A DNA stretch of 57,628 nt, filler included, from Streblomastix strix (taxonomy: Eukaryota): NCBI GenBank assembly GCA_008636045.1. It is 3 parts of 3 records of this genome, joined end to end, with 100 filler letters (N's around TTAATTAATTAA, not from the genome) between each part and the next. Parts side by side here need not be neighbours in the genome. Positions count along the whole stretch, not along the records: positions 19,269 to 38,403 come from SNRW01000542.1; positions 38,504 to 57,628 come from SNRW01000543.1; 1 more part is not named here. One strand, given 5' to 3'. The notes beneath the pieces are model-generated. The model searched no databases, was not told the DNA's origin, and was given only the letters and a program-made list of their open reading frames with translations. The translations under genes and the position numbers were made by a program. Below are positions 27,000-40,064 of this stretch, piece after piece (the stretch's first letter is position 1; every line of letters begins with the position of its first letter).

Positions 27000-28985
27000 C
27001 TAACATTATCTGTTTCATTAATGAATTATTGTGCAGTAAGAGACTTCATTCCAGTGAATGTATTGAACATTTAGTAATTTTTAATTTTATTTAATTTCAA
27101 AATACTATTTATATTTTATCTTAGTCAAGAACTTATTTACTTTTAATAAAAGGTGTAAGAGTAGAAGTCATATGCAATCTTGGAGGTAGATTCTTTAGTT
27201 GCTGCAATGGAGGTAAAGATGGAATCGTACCATCAAATTCCTGAAAAATATCGATTAAAAGAAGATTAAGAAAATAAATCTCATACTAATTAATAATAAA
27301 ATTAATAAAAAGAATAATAATTAATCCAAAATGAAACATAACAAAATTAGCTAAATAAATAACCAATAATCAAAAATCACTAATAAATAGAAGATAGCAA
27401 CTTATAATCAATTATTGATTTTACTCTAAAAGACAAAGAAATTGATAAAATTAAAAATGACTAATTAAATAATAAGAAAAACTAATAAATAATTAAGATG
27501 AAGTGACAGACAACTCTAAAATAAAATAAGAGAAAAAGATTAAATTCAGATATAGATGATGAATTGAACTAATAAGAATAATCAATCTCAACTGAATAAT
27601 CTATCTCAAATTGAATGAAGGAAAAATAATTAGATTTAAATTCTAATTAATTTGATATTGTTAGTGAAGATTATTATAACCTCCTAATTGGTGAAAGTGA
27701 TTTAATTAAGTATGGAATGGATTTAAGAAATAAAAATGGAAAATTGAAAGAAAACGAATATACTGATCACATTTATGCTTCAGATAGTGAGAAATTTAGC
27801 TCTGAATATACAGAATCAAGTAATTCATCAGAATTTTTGCTTAGAATTACTTAAACAAAGAAAAAAATCAATCAAAAATAGAAGAAATCAAATAAAAACA
27901 TGAAAAAAAAGAGCATATAAATAACGGATAAGTAAGAGGATAGCAGCTTTGATTCATTTGATGAAATTTTCAAATCTGATTAAGTTGATATTAATGCAAT
28001 AGCAGGTGAAATAAATTATAATATTTAATTAAAAAAAGGGAAATATATCTAAGATATTAAGTTTGAACTTAACAAGATTTAATGTTTTGAAGTAATAATT
28101 GAAGCACAACAGACATTCTACAATCAAATATTTAAACCATTTCTTACTTAAGAACCTATACCGTCAAAACTTCTTCAAAATAATATAAAAAAAGAAAATT
28201 TAACAGAAAATCAGAAATTACTTCAAAATACAGCTAAATAAATTAAGCTAAAAATCAAAAGATAATCAAATAAAGCTAAAAAATCACCAACGAAACCATT
28301 TCAAACCAAATTCAATTAACAGTAGTAAAATTCTTCTATTCCATAACCAAAACAAGTTTTGTACTGCCTTTTCGATTTTCAACCAATATAGAACTGTCAA
28401 TCATCAGAATTGATTAACGAATTGAACAAGTAATTTTAATAAGAATAAAGCTTTTCAGCTTCTGAGTAAAATCAAATTGATCCAATTTAAAGCTCGAATT
28501 AATCACAACCCAATTAAAACTCCAAAACTTTCGATAATTAGCCTGTTCTCTCGTTTAATTCACTATCACAAGAATATGTCTTTTCATCTTCAACTTCTTA
28601 AGAGCTTGAAAGTAATGAGTTTCCAGATGTGTTCTTCAATAGATGGTATTCTGTTATGGAATTAATACATTCTGAATACTAACAAAAATATGATTAAATT
28701 CAATATTTTGACAGATTAAGAAAACTTGGAGGAATGCATGGTAGAGCTGGAGATTTTGCACTGAGGATGTTGTGTTGTAGCGCAACAGAAGCAATATTCG
28801 AACGAATATTTGCATCTCTAAGAAGAACAGCTTCTTCTCATAGAAAACGTTTACTATTATAAACCATTATAGGAACTGAAGTCTAAATACAATACTTCAG
28901 ATAAAATAAAGCTCAATTACTCTCAACAAAGTATTCCCATATAGTAAAAAATCAACAAAGAAACTAATTGAATCATAGATTTTGA
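27000..28985 (+). pseudogene. Truncated or degenerate hAT transposase (C-terminal dimerisation domain retained)
   Basis: GDFALRMLCCSATEAIFERIFASLRRTASSHRKRL (about 28749-28860) matches the hAT C-terminal 'A.SER.FS…R..L' motif. The upstream part is low-complexity with frameshifts. TGA at 28983-28985. Confidence 0.72.
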
Positions 28986-29199
28986 ATCAAAAATTTTACA
29001 CTAATTTTTCATTATTTTTTCTGTGTAAATTTGCTTATTATAAAGATTATTTCTGTCTATATGAAATTTAAATATTTATTTATTAAATAAATTATAATAA
29101 AAGTAAAAAGAACAATTACAGATTAATATTTTAAATTAATAAATATATCAAATAAATAATGTAGATAAAAAACAAAAATTGTCACATATGCTTGAGATG

Positions 29200-31448
29200 A
29201 GGAAGTTCGCAGACTTGTCGTTCATCATATTTTTTAGAACAGTTGTCCACCTCACACTGTGTTTATGCAAGAAGCTCAATCTTGTGAGGTTGCCCATCCT
29301 TCAAAATATCAACTTCGAACTCTTTCTGGTTCTTTGCAACTAACAGCAATACAACACCAGCCTGTGATATCCATATAAGTATTATTTTAATCAAGTATAT
29401 ATTTATGCAAGGCAAAATCCAGTATCATCATGTATTACTGAATCTGAGAATTCCTTTTGATATTAAACAAACTCTACTCCACCTCGCATCACCAATATGG
29501 ATGATGATATCCCAGCAAAGAAGTTAGCTTGCTTCATAATCGCATATTCTAAGAATGATTAGAAGCTTGAACCATCTCACTAATTATATTTATGATGAGC
29601 TTTCTTTCTCCATATTCGGCTTGCACTTCTACAATAGGTGAGAATTCAATACCAAGTGCATGAACATGAATATTAAGATAGATTCCAAGAAGATAAATAC
29701 GAGGAGCATCAATATCACATCCTTGTGTCAATCAAGTATTGAATTTACTCCAAATTTAGCATTTACTATCTTATTTCCAACATCTAAATTCTTATTGAAT
29801 ACTTTGCATGTTTCAAGATCATCAAAACATTTAGTTGCTTCAATACGAATAATTCACACTGGAATAAATCCGATTTCGTGATCTGAAAGATGTTATACAA
29901 TATGATTCTTAGGATTCCTTGATATAAACTTTTCTAAATTGTTGAATTCAACTTCTCTATTGCTTAATGGCAGACTAATTCTCCCTTATCAAGAACCCAA
30001 TGTCCAACTATAACAATTTTCGCATCATTATCATCATTTCCTTGTTTCACACCACGGTATTCAATCTGTATAATGGAATCTGAATATACAATCTTGCCAC
30101 ATTCAATAAGACGTGTGTTGCTAACGTCCATTTGCAATATATTCTAAACAAGAGTGTCATCAACTAATGTCATTATATCACCTTCTGAATTTTGTGATGC
30201 CACTTTGATTCAGTATCTAACCTGTTCAGTTTTGAAATATTCAGAGTGGCTTCTCTTAGTATTCATTATCATCATACGTACTTCCCTAGACTCCTTCTCG
30301 CTCACATATGTACGAATTGAGTTGATAATACCATGCTTCATCACATTAATATCTTTAGGATCTTCATCATTGTCTGTCACCTTTGTCATGCTTCCATCCT
30401 TCTGTTTGAAGAAGAATATTGGGTGGTAGTATGTCTATTCAAATATAATAAATAAAAAATAGTCATAAATAAAATAATTTTTGATGCAATCTCAAAATAA
30501 AAAAAAATTAAAGAAAACTTTTTACAGATAGTCATCAAGATCAGCTTCAATCGGCTCCGTTCGCTCTTTATCTGCCACAGTTGAAGATATGTTTGCAAGA
30601 ACAAGAAGGTGGTATTTAACTTTCTATTCATCAGCCTACATTTCAACTCCATCTTCATGTAATCCACATTCAATTGTTGAATGTTAATAATCTCAAACTG
30701 TTTTATCTAAGAAATGAAGTTGAATCTCATTACGAACAGGTTCTAAATATAAATCTCCATATTTAGCTTGTGCTTCTACAATAGGTGGTAATTCAATACC
30801 AAGTGGATGAACACGAATATTAAGATAGATTCCAAGAAGATAAATACGAGATGCATCAATATCACAATCTGCTGTCAATCCAAGTACTGAACTTACGACA
30901 AGTCTAACACATGCAATCTTATTTCCAACATTCAGTGTTTTTATGAATACTTTGCATGCTCCAAGATCATTTTAAAACTTCAATACTTCTAGATGAATAT
31001 CTTTTATTGAGTAATTGATTTGAATTTGTGAACTAAAACATTTCATACAATACTATTGCTAAGATTCCTTTTTATAACTTCATCTAGATTATTGAACTCA
31101 ACATATGTATTTTCGGTAGTAGACTCTAACTTTTCAAGAATATAAAGTCCAAAAGTAATATGTTTTGCATTCCAATCATTATTTCCAAGTTTCTCTCCAT
31201 ATTCCATGTGTAACTTAATATACAATTTTATCATCTTCAATAAGACTTATGAATCAAACATCCATTTGCAGCATATTTTCTTCAAGATTATCATGTATAA
31301 ATGCCTTGAAGTCTCATTCTGATTATCATGATGTCACTTTGATTAGGTTTTAAATATAGTTAGTCTCGAAGTACTCAGTGCAACTTCTCTGAGTGTTTGT
31401 TACTATCATACTCAATTTCATCTATTCGCTTAATTAAGAATTATCCAT
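29200..31448 (-). pseudogene. Unrecognised two-domain (internally duplicated) gene inside the hAT element
   Basis: ATG 31448. Two homologous units lie about 1.15 kb apart, e.g. CDIDASRIYLLGIYLNIRVHPLGIELPPIVEAQAKYG versus CDIDAPRIYLLGIYLNIHVHALGIEFSPIVEVQAEYG. A probable intron sits at about 30436-30524, and there are in-frame TGAs. Confidence 0.6.
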
Positions 31449-32849
31449 AAGCTTTTACGAATTTACTAACTTAATGTAGTTTTCCTATTAGTAATATAGA
31501 TTTATTAAAAGAAAGTTAAACGATAGAAATTTTAATAGTTAAATTATATTAATCAATTAAATCTATTTAAAATAAGCTTATATGTAAATATATATAAATT
31601 ATTTATTATACAATTATATATAAACTTATTATTTAGTAATAAAACAAGAATTTAAATTTTTTGTAATTTTCTTGGATTAATAAAAAATACATTTAATATT
31701 TGTATATAAAAACTGATATACAAAGTTTTATATATTAAAATTTTGTTGTAAAAACTATGAAATGTAGCAGAGCAAATTTTTTAAAACATCAAAAATCAAA
31801 ACTAGTAAATTTATTTTTTAATTTTTTTTTAGCCTGGCACTTGTTTAAGATTTGGCTTATGTAATAAAATGTATTTTACAATATCTATATATAATCAATA
31901 ATGGCCCTAGCCTTGGCCAACTTGGCCATAAATTTGGCCAAAAAAAATATGCTTAATTTGTAGTGAACAAGATTAAATTATTTTTTAAAATTAACAATTC
32001 TATTTGATGTAGAAGTTAACATAATAAAATAATAAAGAAAGTTATCTAAAAAATAGTAGAATCAAATAAATATAATAACAGAATAAGAGCGTCTGAGGAG
32101 TTAAGCAAAAAATTAATTTAAATGCGATTTTTTGTTCTTCAAATATTTATTTATTAAATATAACATTTTTTTCAATATTCACTTCATTTAATATTTAATA
32201 TGCATTTATAATACAATATTTTAATTATATTTATAATCGAACGCTTTTTTCGTAAATTCCACAATATCTCTGCTCCCAAATTAATTTAAACCTATATGAT
32301 AATATTTATTACCTTTTCCCCTGAAATGTATCGATTTTCTAAAATATTGTATAATTTTAATCAATTAAATATGCAAAATTACCCGCATTTATTTTATCAG
32401 GTCTTGAACATATTGAATGGTATGTTGCATTTAATTTACTTTTATTGCAGGGCGGACTCTCAAATTTTCATATTAACTTTTAAAATTTCACTCTGGAAAC
32501 GTATTTCACATTTTCTGAAATTGTCAAACCGGACGGTTTTGGAAGAACTATGCAATCTCATCCGAATGATAAGTGAGCTTCACCTTTGTTTATTGAACTC
32601 TGGGCGCTATATGCCAAGTTCGTAGCAAACAGTGAAATGATAAACATTGTAATAACATTAAATAACAATAAAACAAATATAAAAACTTATAAAACTCATT
32701 ATGTTTCTTTCTTACTCTTTCTTTTCCCGTTTTATTGTTATTCATTCCCTTAGCCTCTCACTGAGACATTGATAGGACAAGTTGGAGCCCCATCTTGATT
32801 AATTTTCTTCTTCTTCTTCTTTTTCATGGCGGACTTCCAGATACGGAGG

Positions 32850-32960
32850 CGATAAAAGTGGAGCTTACTTCTTTTTCGGGGTAGATTGCATGCCACTTCA
32901 AATCATGCATCACCTCCTCCAGAGAAGGTGAGCTCCCCCTTTGTTTATTGGACTCTGTGT
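32850..32960. repeat. ICR of DIRS copy 2
   Basis: 32855-32891 is complementary to 32550-32587. 32928-32957 is a direct imperfect copy of 32573-32602. GGAGCTTACTTCT pairs with AGAAGGTGAGCTCC to form a hairpin. Confidence 0.75.
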
Positions 32961-33269
32961 GTTGAAATGATTCGCTAGTGTAGGAGTTGGGTTTAATAAA
33001 ATTATTTAGTGATTTATTATCTCTTAAAAAGGTCACGATGGGTGAAAACTATTCTTGTGGAAAAAGACCCCACCGTGCGTAGTGTATGATCAGTTAAACC
33101 CAACTCCTCTTCTGCCTCAATCTCGGACTCAGACTCGCCTACACTCTCTTCTTTGACTTCAGCAATTAAAGCACGCACTTTATCATAATCCAATTGTTGA
33201 TATATAAATGTTTTTATATAAATAGTATTATATTTGTAATTTAATATAAAATTATTAAGTATTAAAAAA

Positions 33270-34240
33270 AAGTAATGAATATGTATCTTGAAGACATATC
33301 TCACAACTATTTTTATCATAGTACTGCCTCACTGTACTAGCGACATCGGAATGATGTGTGAATCCGTCCACCACTGTTGAATTTGCACCCATATTAATCA
33401 GCTTTGTAATGGTAGCAGATCTCATAGAGGTGATTGTAAAACTTCTCACAATTCCTGCCTTCTAGATCAGCGTGCGTATTCCCTTGCTCAAGCTGTCTGG
33501 CGAATTAGTTCTATTCAATTTGGATGTATTCCAAAGGTAGACAGTTGTAGGATTGAGGTTTTTATCACTATTCTTATACCATATTTTCCACCAGCGTACT
33601 GAACAAATTTTCTAATCTAGAGTTTTCTTTATTTTCAGCTTTATTATTCTTGATGGTTTCTTTAAAATCACTGCTTCTAAAGTGATTTCTTTTTCAGTTT
33701 CGTTCATAAAAGTTGCTCTAAATAGTTCTGCCAGGGTGGAAACATTGAAGATCATATATAGAGTTAAGGATATTGTCATGATTTCTTCTAATGACAGATT
33801 TCTTTGGAGTAATTCTATTTCTTCTTTTATAATCTATTCAAGTAACATATTTAGATCCCATTATTCAATCTCCCTATCTTTATGTCTAGTTCTCATCATG
33901 ACTGGTTTCATTAGCTGCGCTATTAGTTTGCTATGTTCTACCTCCTCCTTGTCTCCTATGAATGACAGAAGTACTGCTAGTGCTCCTCTACAAGACTTTA
34001 ATGAATTATCAAATGCACCCTTTTTCATCCAATCTGATAAGAAATTCGCCATGAATGCATTAGGTTGTACTAATGCTCGTAGTTCCTTCCATTACTAACT
34101 ATTCTATTCTAAGTATTTTGCAAATGCTGTCAAGGCTGAGACATGTCTTCTCCATTGCCCATGCCACGTTTCTACTATTTTTTAGACTACTGCTTGTTTT
34201 AGACCATAATCTTCCAACAAGAACCTGAACAGTCTCTCAC
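33270..34240 (-). pseudogene. DIRS tyrosine recombinase (copy 2)
   Basis: ANFLSDW…SLKSCRGALAVLL (N-terminal SAM-like part), YWDLNMLL, ICSVRWWKIW, ITSMRSATITKL, STVRQYY. Confidence 0.85.
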
Positions 34241-37200
34241 CTGGTTATGTGAAACCTTAAACATGTACATTTCGCCTGGTGGGAGAGACCATTGTTTCAT
34301 CTTCATCCAATAGCCCGGAATCAGTACTTATTCGCTCTAACCTAGTCTAATCATCTATATTGTAATCTCTAGAAGTTCAGTATACCAATATTGGCTCGGC
34401 TATTTCGGTGATATGATCACTGCTGTCTTAACACGTACCTCCTTGACCTTCTTAATTATGCATAAAAGCAGGGGTATTGATGGATAGAGTAAAGGAGTTT
34501 GATTCTCCCAGCTGATTGATAAGCCGACTCTCGCCATCGCCCATATGTCCATTGTTACACTACAAAACTTTCCATGCAATCTGATAATACACGTGGCGAA
34601 TGCGTCCATCGTTATTTCCACTTTCAATTTCATCAATGCTATGTGCATGACATTCCTATTGATCGCATAATCCTATGTTTGATCTAATCTAGACAAACTA
34701 TCTGGTTCTTTGCTCATTATCCCAGGTATGTGTTTCGCTCCGACTTTCAATCCCTGGTGCTCTGGTAAGAGTTGAATACTATTTACTAAACCTGCTAGGG
34801 GGAGAGCTGTTCTACCTTTATTCAAATTAAATATCGAAACTGTATTATATGTCAACACTCTAATGCCTTCTAATTGTACGTCTAATAAAATGTTCAAAAA
34901 TCATCTCATTGTGAGGAGAATAGCAAGTAACTCCCTTTAGTTAGATGATGTGAGCTTGGCTGTTTTCCAATATCCTCATGCAATTCTTTTCTCGAGTTAT
35001 TGGGTCTTCAACGTTACTCCCCATCCGTCTTTAGAGGCATCTGTTTGAATTGTTGCCCATCTGGTTGGATAAATTAAACAATATGGGTTATTATTTTTAA
35101 CTTTATTAAACCACCAGCTTGGTTCCTTCATCTGCTGCGGTGTTGATTGTACTAGGCTATTCCAGTCGTTCTAGTTTGCAGTCTTGCTCTTTAGACGGTT
35201 TAACTACATTGTATGTAGAGGCCCTCGTTTACATTGTGCTTCTATAGATCAAGATTTGGATTGTTATTTTTCCATAAAATCGCATAATAATCTTGCAATT
35301 TGAATGAGAATTTAGCAATGAGTGTGATGATGGGAAGAGTGTTTGGAAAAGCTCCAGTTGTAGAAAAAGGATACCCAATAGAGCGTACTTAGATAATGTT
35401 AAAGTAGGATAATAAGAAGGAATAGGTTTCGAGCAGTGAATATTAGGATTATTGAAAATCATCTCTCAAGTCTGAAATTTATCAGAACTAAAGTGAAAAT
35501 AGCGAATGATTTGAAAAAATATTAACAGAAATCTTGTCAAAATCCCAGTAGTAAGGGGATGAGATCAATGTAAAGATACCATTTAAATGAAGATGAGGAA
35601 TAATATAATTATCATCAATTAATATCTGAATAAGAAGCATTTGGACCAATTGGTGGAGATGATGAGGATGATTATAATCAAGATTCTGAATATATCAAGG
35701 GATTAACAGCTGAAGTAGATTAAGAAGTAGATGAACGTTTGTATAAATATGTTTATGTGTAATTTTTTATGTTTTTAACAAATAAAGTGTAAAAAAAATA
35801 TTTTAATTTTTTAAATAATATTTTTTAATTTAAAAAATTTATTTTTTAAATAATATTTTTTAATTTAAAAAATTAATTTTTTTAAAAAATATTTTTTAAT
35901 TAAAAATTTTAATTAATTAAAATTAAATTTTGTTTGAATATTTTAAAAATTTTCAGGAAAATTTTTTCAAATATAGCAAAAATTATCAATATTATCTTTT
36001 TTGTCTAAATTTATTAATAACCACTTAACTCAGACGCTTGTCAAAAATATCTCAGAAATCATGACATAACGTAAATTAAAGTATTCGATGGAATAAATAT
36101 TATTTATAAAATAATTATATATCTAAATTATAAGCAAAATAATATAATTTAAATCTGCATTAATTTCAATAATTTAATTAAATACAATAGTCATCAATTT
36201 AATTTACAAAAATTGTCTTATTTCATAATTAATCAATAAAAAATTTAAAAATGATTTATATTTAACTAAAATTATTGAATTTTTTTTAATAAAGTCGAAT
36301 TATGCGAAGAAAATTTGAAATTTTTTAAACATATATATATTTAAATTTAAAATTTTTATTGAAATCTTAATTTAAATCAAAAAATAATCTTTTTTACTGA
36401 AAATGTGAAACTTATGATAGTTTTATAAATTAATTATTATTTTAAATTTTTATATAAAAAGCGTTGGGACATTTTTGAAGTTCATCCGTCATATATAAAA
36501 TTGAGCGAAAAATAAACAACTCAACAAGTTATTCGCAAATAATGGATAATGCATATCAATCTATACATGATGATGGAAGAAAAGTTGGTCAAATTCTAAT
36601 TATAAATAAATTAAAATTCAATTTTCTACAACTTAAATTTAATTAAAATTTTTCTTTTTTGCTTAAAATATTTTTGTAAATATAGGAATTTAATCTACAA
36701 TAGATAATATTGAAGCTGATATTTATATTGAATTTCAAAACTTATATCTTTATGTGGTTTTCATAAAAAATTTGATTATAAAATGTAAAATAAAAAAAAA
36801 TTTAATTTTTATTAAAAACATTTTTTAATAGTATATTTATTTTAAAAATATTTTTTAAGAATAATATCAAAGTCTAAATTGTTTGTCTGATTTGGGATTT
36901 AAAATTAATATATTTAAAAAAGAAACCAAAAGATATTATTGCATAAGATTTCTGTCTTCCATGAGAAATTCTAAAGGTATGAAAATGTTTCATTTAATAA
37001 ATTATATTACAATTGAAGAAGTTGTCACTTTATTATGTTATGGAGAAACAATTAAGAAAATTAAGTTTATTTTTTAGAAATTATTTATATTAAAACAGAT
37101 TTTTTACATATATTTTAATTAAATTTAATTTATATTGATTATATTATATTTCAGTGAATAATTAATTGGTAAGTCCTACATTTCTATATCAAATGCGAAA

Positions 37201-38047
37201 ATTATTGTACACAAAATTCGAAATTTAATTGATCAAATTATTTAATAATTATAAGCTTAAAATTTACTTAAAGGTATTTAAAATTTTATCATTATTCCTT
37301 TAAAAAAATATTATTTTAATAAAATTAATTATAAATTATTACAGATTCAATTTGTTAAGATACACTGCAAAACTACGTCAAGATCAGTCATTATTCTTAA
37401 TATAAACTGAGTTAATAGTTAAAAGTTCTAGCAGCAACAACTATCTTCTACATTCGATGCCTCCACTTAGAATGAAAATAGCACAAATAGTTAAGATATT
37501 ATGGCATTAATTCAAATTAAATAGAATAATTCGTTAAATAATTACAATTGAAGTAAATAATCATCAAATATTTTAAAAATTAAATCAAATTTTATTTCAT
37601 TATTAAAATTTTTTTGCATAGTTCAAAATTCAAAAATATTTAAATAAATAACGTCTAAATGATATCAATTAAAATAATCTACTAGGCATGTCAAGGCAGA
37701 CAAAAACCTTGTGTCGAGACAGACAAAGGACTTATCGAGAGACAAACACTATGTCTCTATTTAAAATTTTACATTATTGTATTTCATTAAAAACTATTAG
37801 TTTTAGATAAATGTTTATAAAATATATATTAATTGTGATTAATTACAGTTAGTCGATATGATAAATATAAATTATATCCCGATTTGAATGTTACGTTAAA
37901 TATTTTTTATCTTATGAAAACAGTTTATTTCTAGTTGTCATATATATTTGCAATATATATTATAATTTAATATATTTATTATATATTTTAATTAAATTAA
38001 ATCAGTCTATTTATGGAGTTAACTAAAATTATTTCAAAATGTAAGCC

Positions 38048-38110
38048 GCTATGGGTAAGAGACAGACAGCCGCCGTGTCTCTGCGTCTCTTGTCTCCCCC
38101 TACCCATAGC
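38048..38110. repeat. GC-rich hairpin or possible mini-MITE
   Basis: Perfect inverted ends GCTATGGGTA…TACCCATAGC enclose GAGACA/TGTCTC stems. Confidence 0.6.
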
Positions 38111-38403
38111 CAGATTCAAGTCCTATTTCAAGGTATATATTGAATAATTCTTAAAAATTTTATAAAATTAATAATTATACTTTTATATTCTATATAATAA
38201 TCAAATTTTGAACCAAATTAATGGCGTATGTGAAGTATTTGAACTCTCCGTTTTATAGTTAGTCACTTTCATCAATTGCAGAGTCAAAATAGGCAAATTT
38301 CTAATATTCAATATATTTATTTTATTTTATTATACCAATTTATCACTAATCTATATAAATTAATTTTAATTTGAGCGAGAAAATAAGACAATAACATTAA
38401 GCA

Positions 38404-38503
38404 NNNNNNNNNNNNNNNNNNNNNNNNNNNNNNNNNNNNNNNNNNNNTTAATTAATTAANNNNNNNNNNNNNNNNNNNNNNNNNNNNNNNNNNNNNNNNN
38501 NNN
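38404..38503. other. Assembly gap with artificial TTAATTAATTAA spacer
   Basis: 44 N, then TTAATTAATTAA (38448-38459), then 44 N. Confidence 0.95.
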
Positions 38504-38731
38504 ATCCTTCTCATTTTCCATATTTCATCCATTGCTCATACATAAACCATAACCGTAAATCATTACCGTAAATCATACCCATAAATCCTATCCGTAAATC
38601 ATTCATATTATTTATTTTTCACTCATTTTACTGATAAATTATTTTCATTTTTTATCACGATTGATTATATCCACTATTGTTTTTCCGTTATTTTTAAGTT
38701 TTAATTCCATAGGGCAGTGGGGTTCTTTGTA

Positions 38732-40064
38732 TACTACTCTACATATATTTATCATCCTGGCTCGCAGCAATTCTATTTTTCTTGATATTTTATTTTTACC
38801 CATATATTCTTGAGTTAAATTATTTGATCTTTTAATTATTGATTTGTAGAAACAACATATTAATGTTTAATTTTATTTTTTTATTTTATATGACATTATT
38901 ATTTATTAAATAGCACCAAAGATAAGAGGAGTTGCGCTTTCAAAGGCCACAAAACAGGAGATTCTTGATTTGTTCTATTAAAGAAACAATAAGACAAGTG
39001 ATATTGGACAAAGATAACACAAAAATATTCAAGAAAAGAGGACCTTAGTAGAAACTAAAATAAAGAGATTAAAGATAAATTTGCAGATATGTCAAATAAA
39101 CTCGCAAAACATCAAGCAGAAAAACACTTCCAGCTCTAGATCTTCAGTGCTCACCATCGACAGTGCATAGATGCATGCATAGAATGAGTATGCACAAGAA
39201 GAGGCTTCGTAGGCGTCCTTTACTGACATCGAGGCATGTCATTGCTCGCCTGAAATTTGCAGAAGAATTTCTTACATAAAATCAAGATCAAAATCTGGAA
39301 CTTATATTCTTTGATGAAAAGAAATTCCGCTTTGATGGCCCAGATGGTTGCGCATACAATTGGTTATGCCCAGGAGAAAATGAAGATGAAGCCATCTTTT
39401 CTAAAGATAATGGAAAATTCAAGAGGGTCATGTGCCATCTCGCAATTAGTAGCGTTGGAATTCTTTCGATGGACAGAATATTGGGTAAAGTGAATGCAGA
39501 ATCATGGTGTGAATTGCTTTAATCAAACATACTACCTGAGATACATAGTAAACATGGAGAAACATTCATCTACTAAATGGACAATTCATCTATCCATAAG
39601 AAAAAGGATGTGTTAGAGTCCTTAAAGAAAATTTGCTTCAAATTCCTTGACTGGCCTATACTCTCACTGGATTTGAATCTAGTTGAGAATTTGTGGGCAT
39701 TGATGGCTAGGAGAGTATATGCAGATGGCATGAGTTACAGCAACGAGACCTAGCTTTGGGATGGAATCAAACGAGCAACTACTTCAATTATACCGAAAGA
39801 AGAGAAACCATTCGTGGCCTCCTTCCGTAGCCGCCTGTGTGATGTTCAGAAGCGTGCAGGTAGATATATTCAATGAGACATATCACATTAATAAATAATA
39901 TTTAATAAATGCCTATATGATTGAAAAAAATTTTAAATAGATCAATTAATTTGACTCAATTTTTTTAAGAAAAAAACATTATATTAAGAAAAATCGAATT
40001 ATTGCGAGCCAGGAGGATAAATATATGTAGTAATTTTATAATAAAATAAAAATAGAGTGTAGTA
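38732..40064 (+). mobile_element. Tc1-family (IS630-Tc1-mariner, DD34E) DNA transposon with ~110-bp imperfect TIRs
   Basis: CTACATATATTTATCATCCTGGCTCGCAGCAATTCTATTTTTCTTGATAT (from 38739) is inverted at about 39981-40030. A further match links about 38810-38838 with 39929-39959. TA dinucleotides flank the outer ends. Confidence 0.88.
38913..39876 (+). CDS. Tc1 transposase (start uncertain)
   Basis: CSPSTVHRCM…RRPLLTSRHVIARLKFA, IFFDEKKFRFDGPDG, YQMDNSSIH (Q=TAA) and WPILSLDLNLVENLW, with 34 residues between the second D and the E. TGA at 39874-39876. Confidence 0.85.

Larger units (their letters stand above)
26482..31955 (+). mobile_element. hAT-superfamily DNA transposon (about 5.5 kb, defective) with TIRs and a cargo gene
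   Basis: Left end TAAGCATGTTTTTTTGGCCAAATT is inverted to right end AATTTGGCCAAAAAAAATATGCTTA. Subterminal TTGGCCAA motifs cluster at both ends, and a hAT dimerisation domain lies inside. No exact 8-bp TSD remains. Confidence 0.8.
32535..35228 (-). mobile_element. 5'-truncated DIRS1-type retrotransposon (copy 2): RNase H, MT-like domain, YR, ICR and right terminus
   Basis: RNase H: IQTDASKDGWGVT, NQRELLAILL, HIPGIMSKEPDSLSRL. MT: MDAFAT…SISWENQTPLLYPSIPLL. YR: SFTITSMRSATITKLINMGA…THHSDVASTVRQYY. Terminal segment 32550-32587 is inverted to 32855-32891. Confidence 0.88.

Noticed and set aside
26481..31956. piggyBac or Kolobok assignment from TTAA at both ends
   Set aside because: The internal protein motif is the hAT dimerisation domain, and the TAAGCA ends with subterminal arrays fit hAT. 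TTAA is common in this AT-rich DNA.
35229..37650. Coding-like fragments (acidic stretch at about 35590-35745; possible small exons at 36540-37550)
   Set aside because: I found no recognisable domain and could not build a consistent exon chain by eye.
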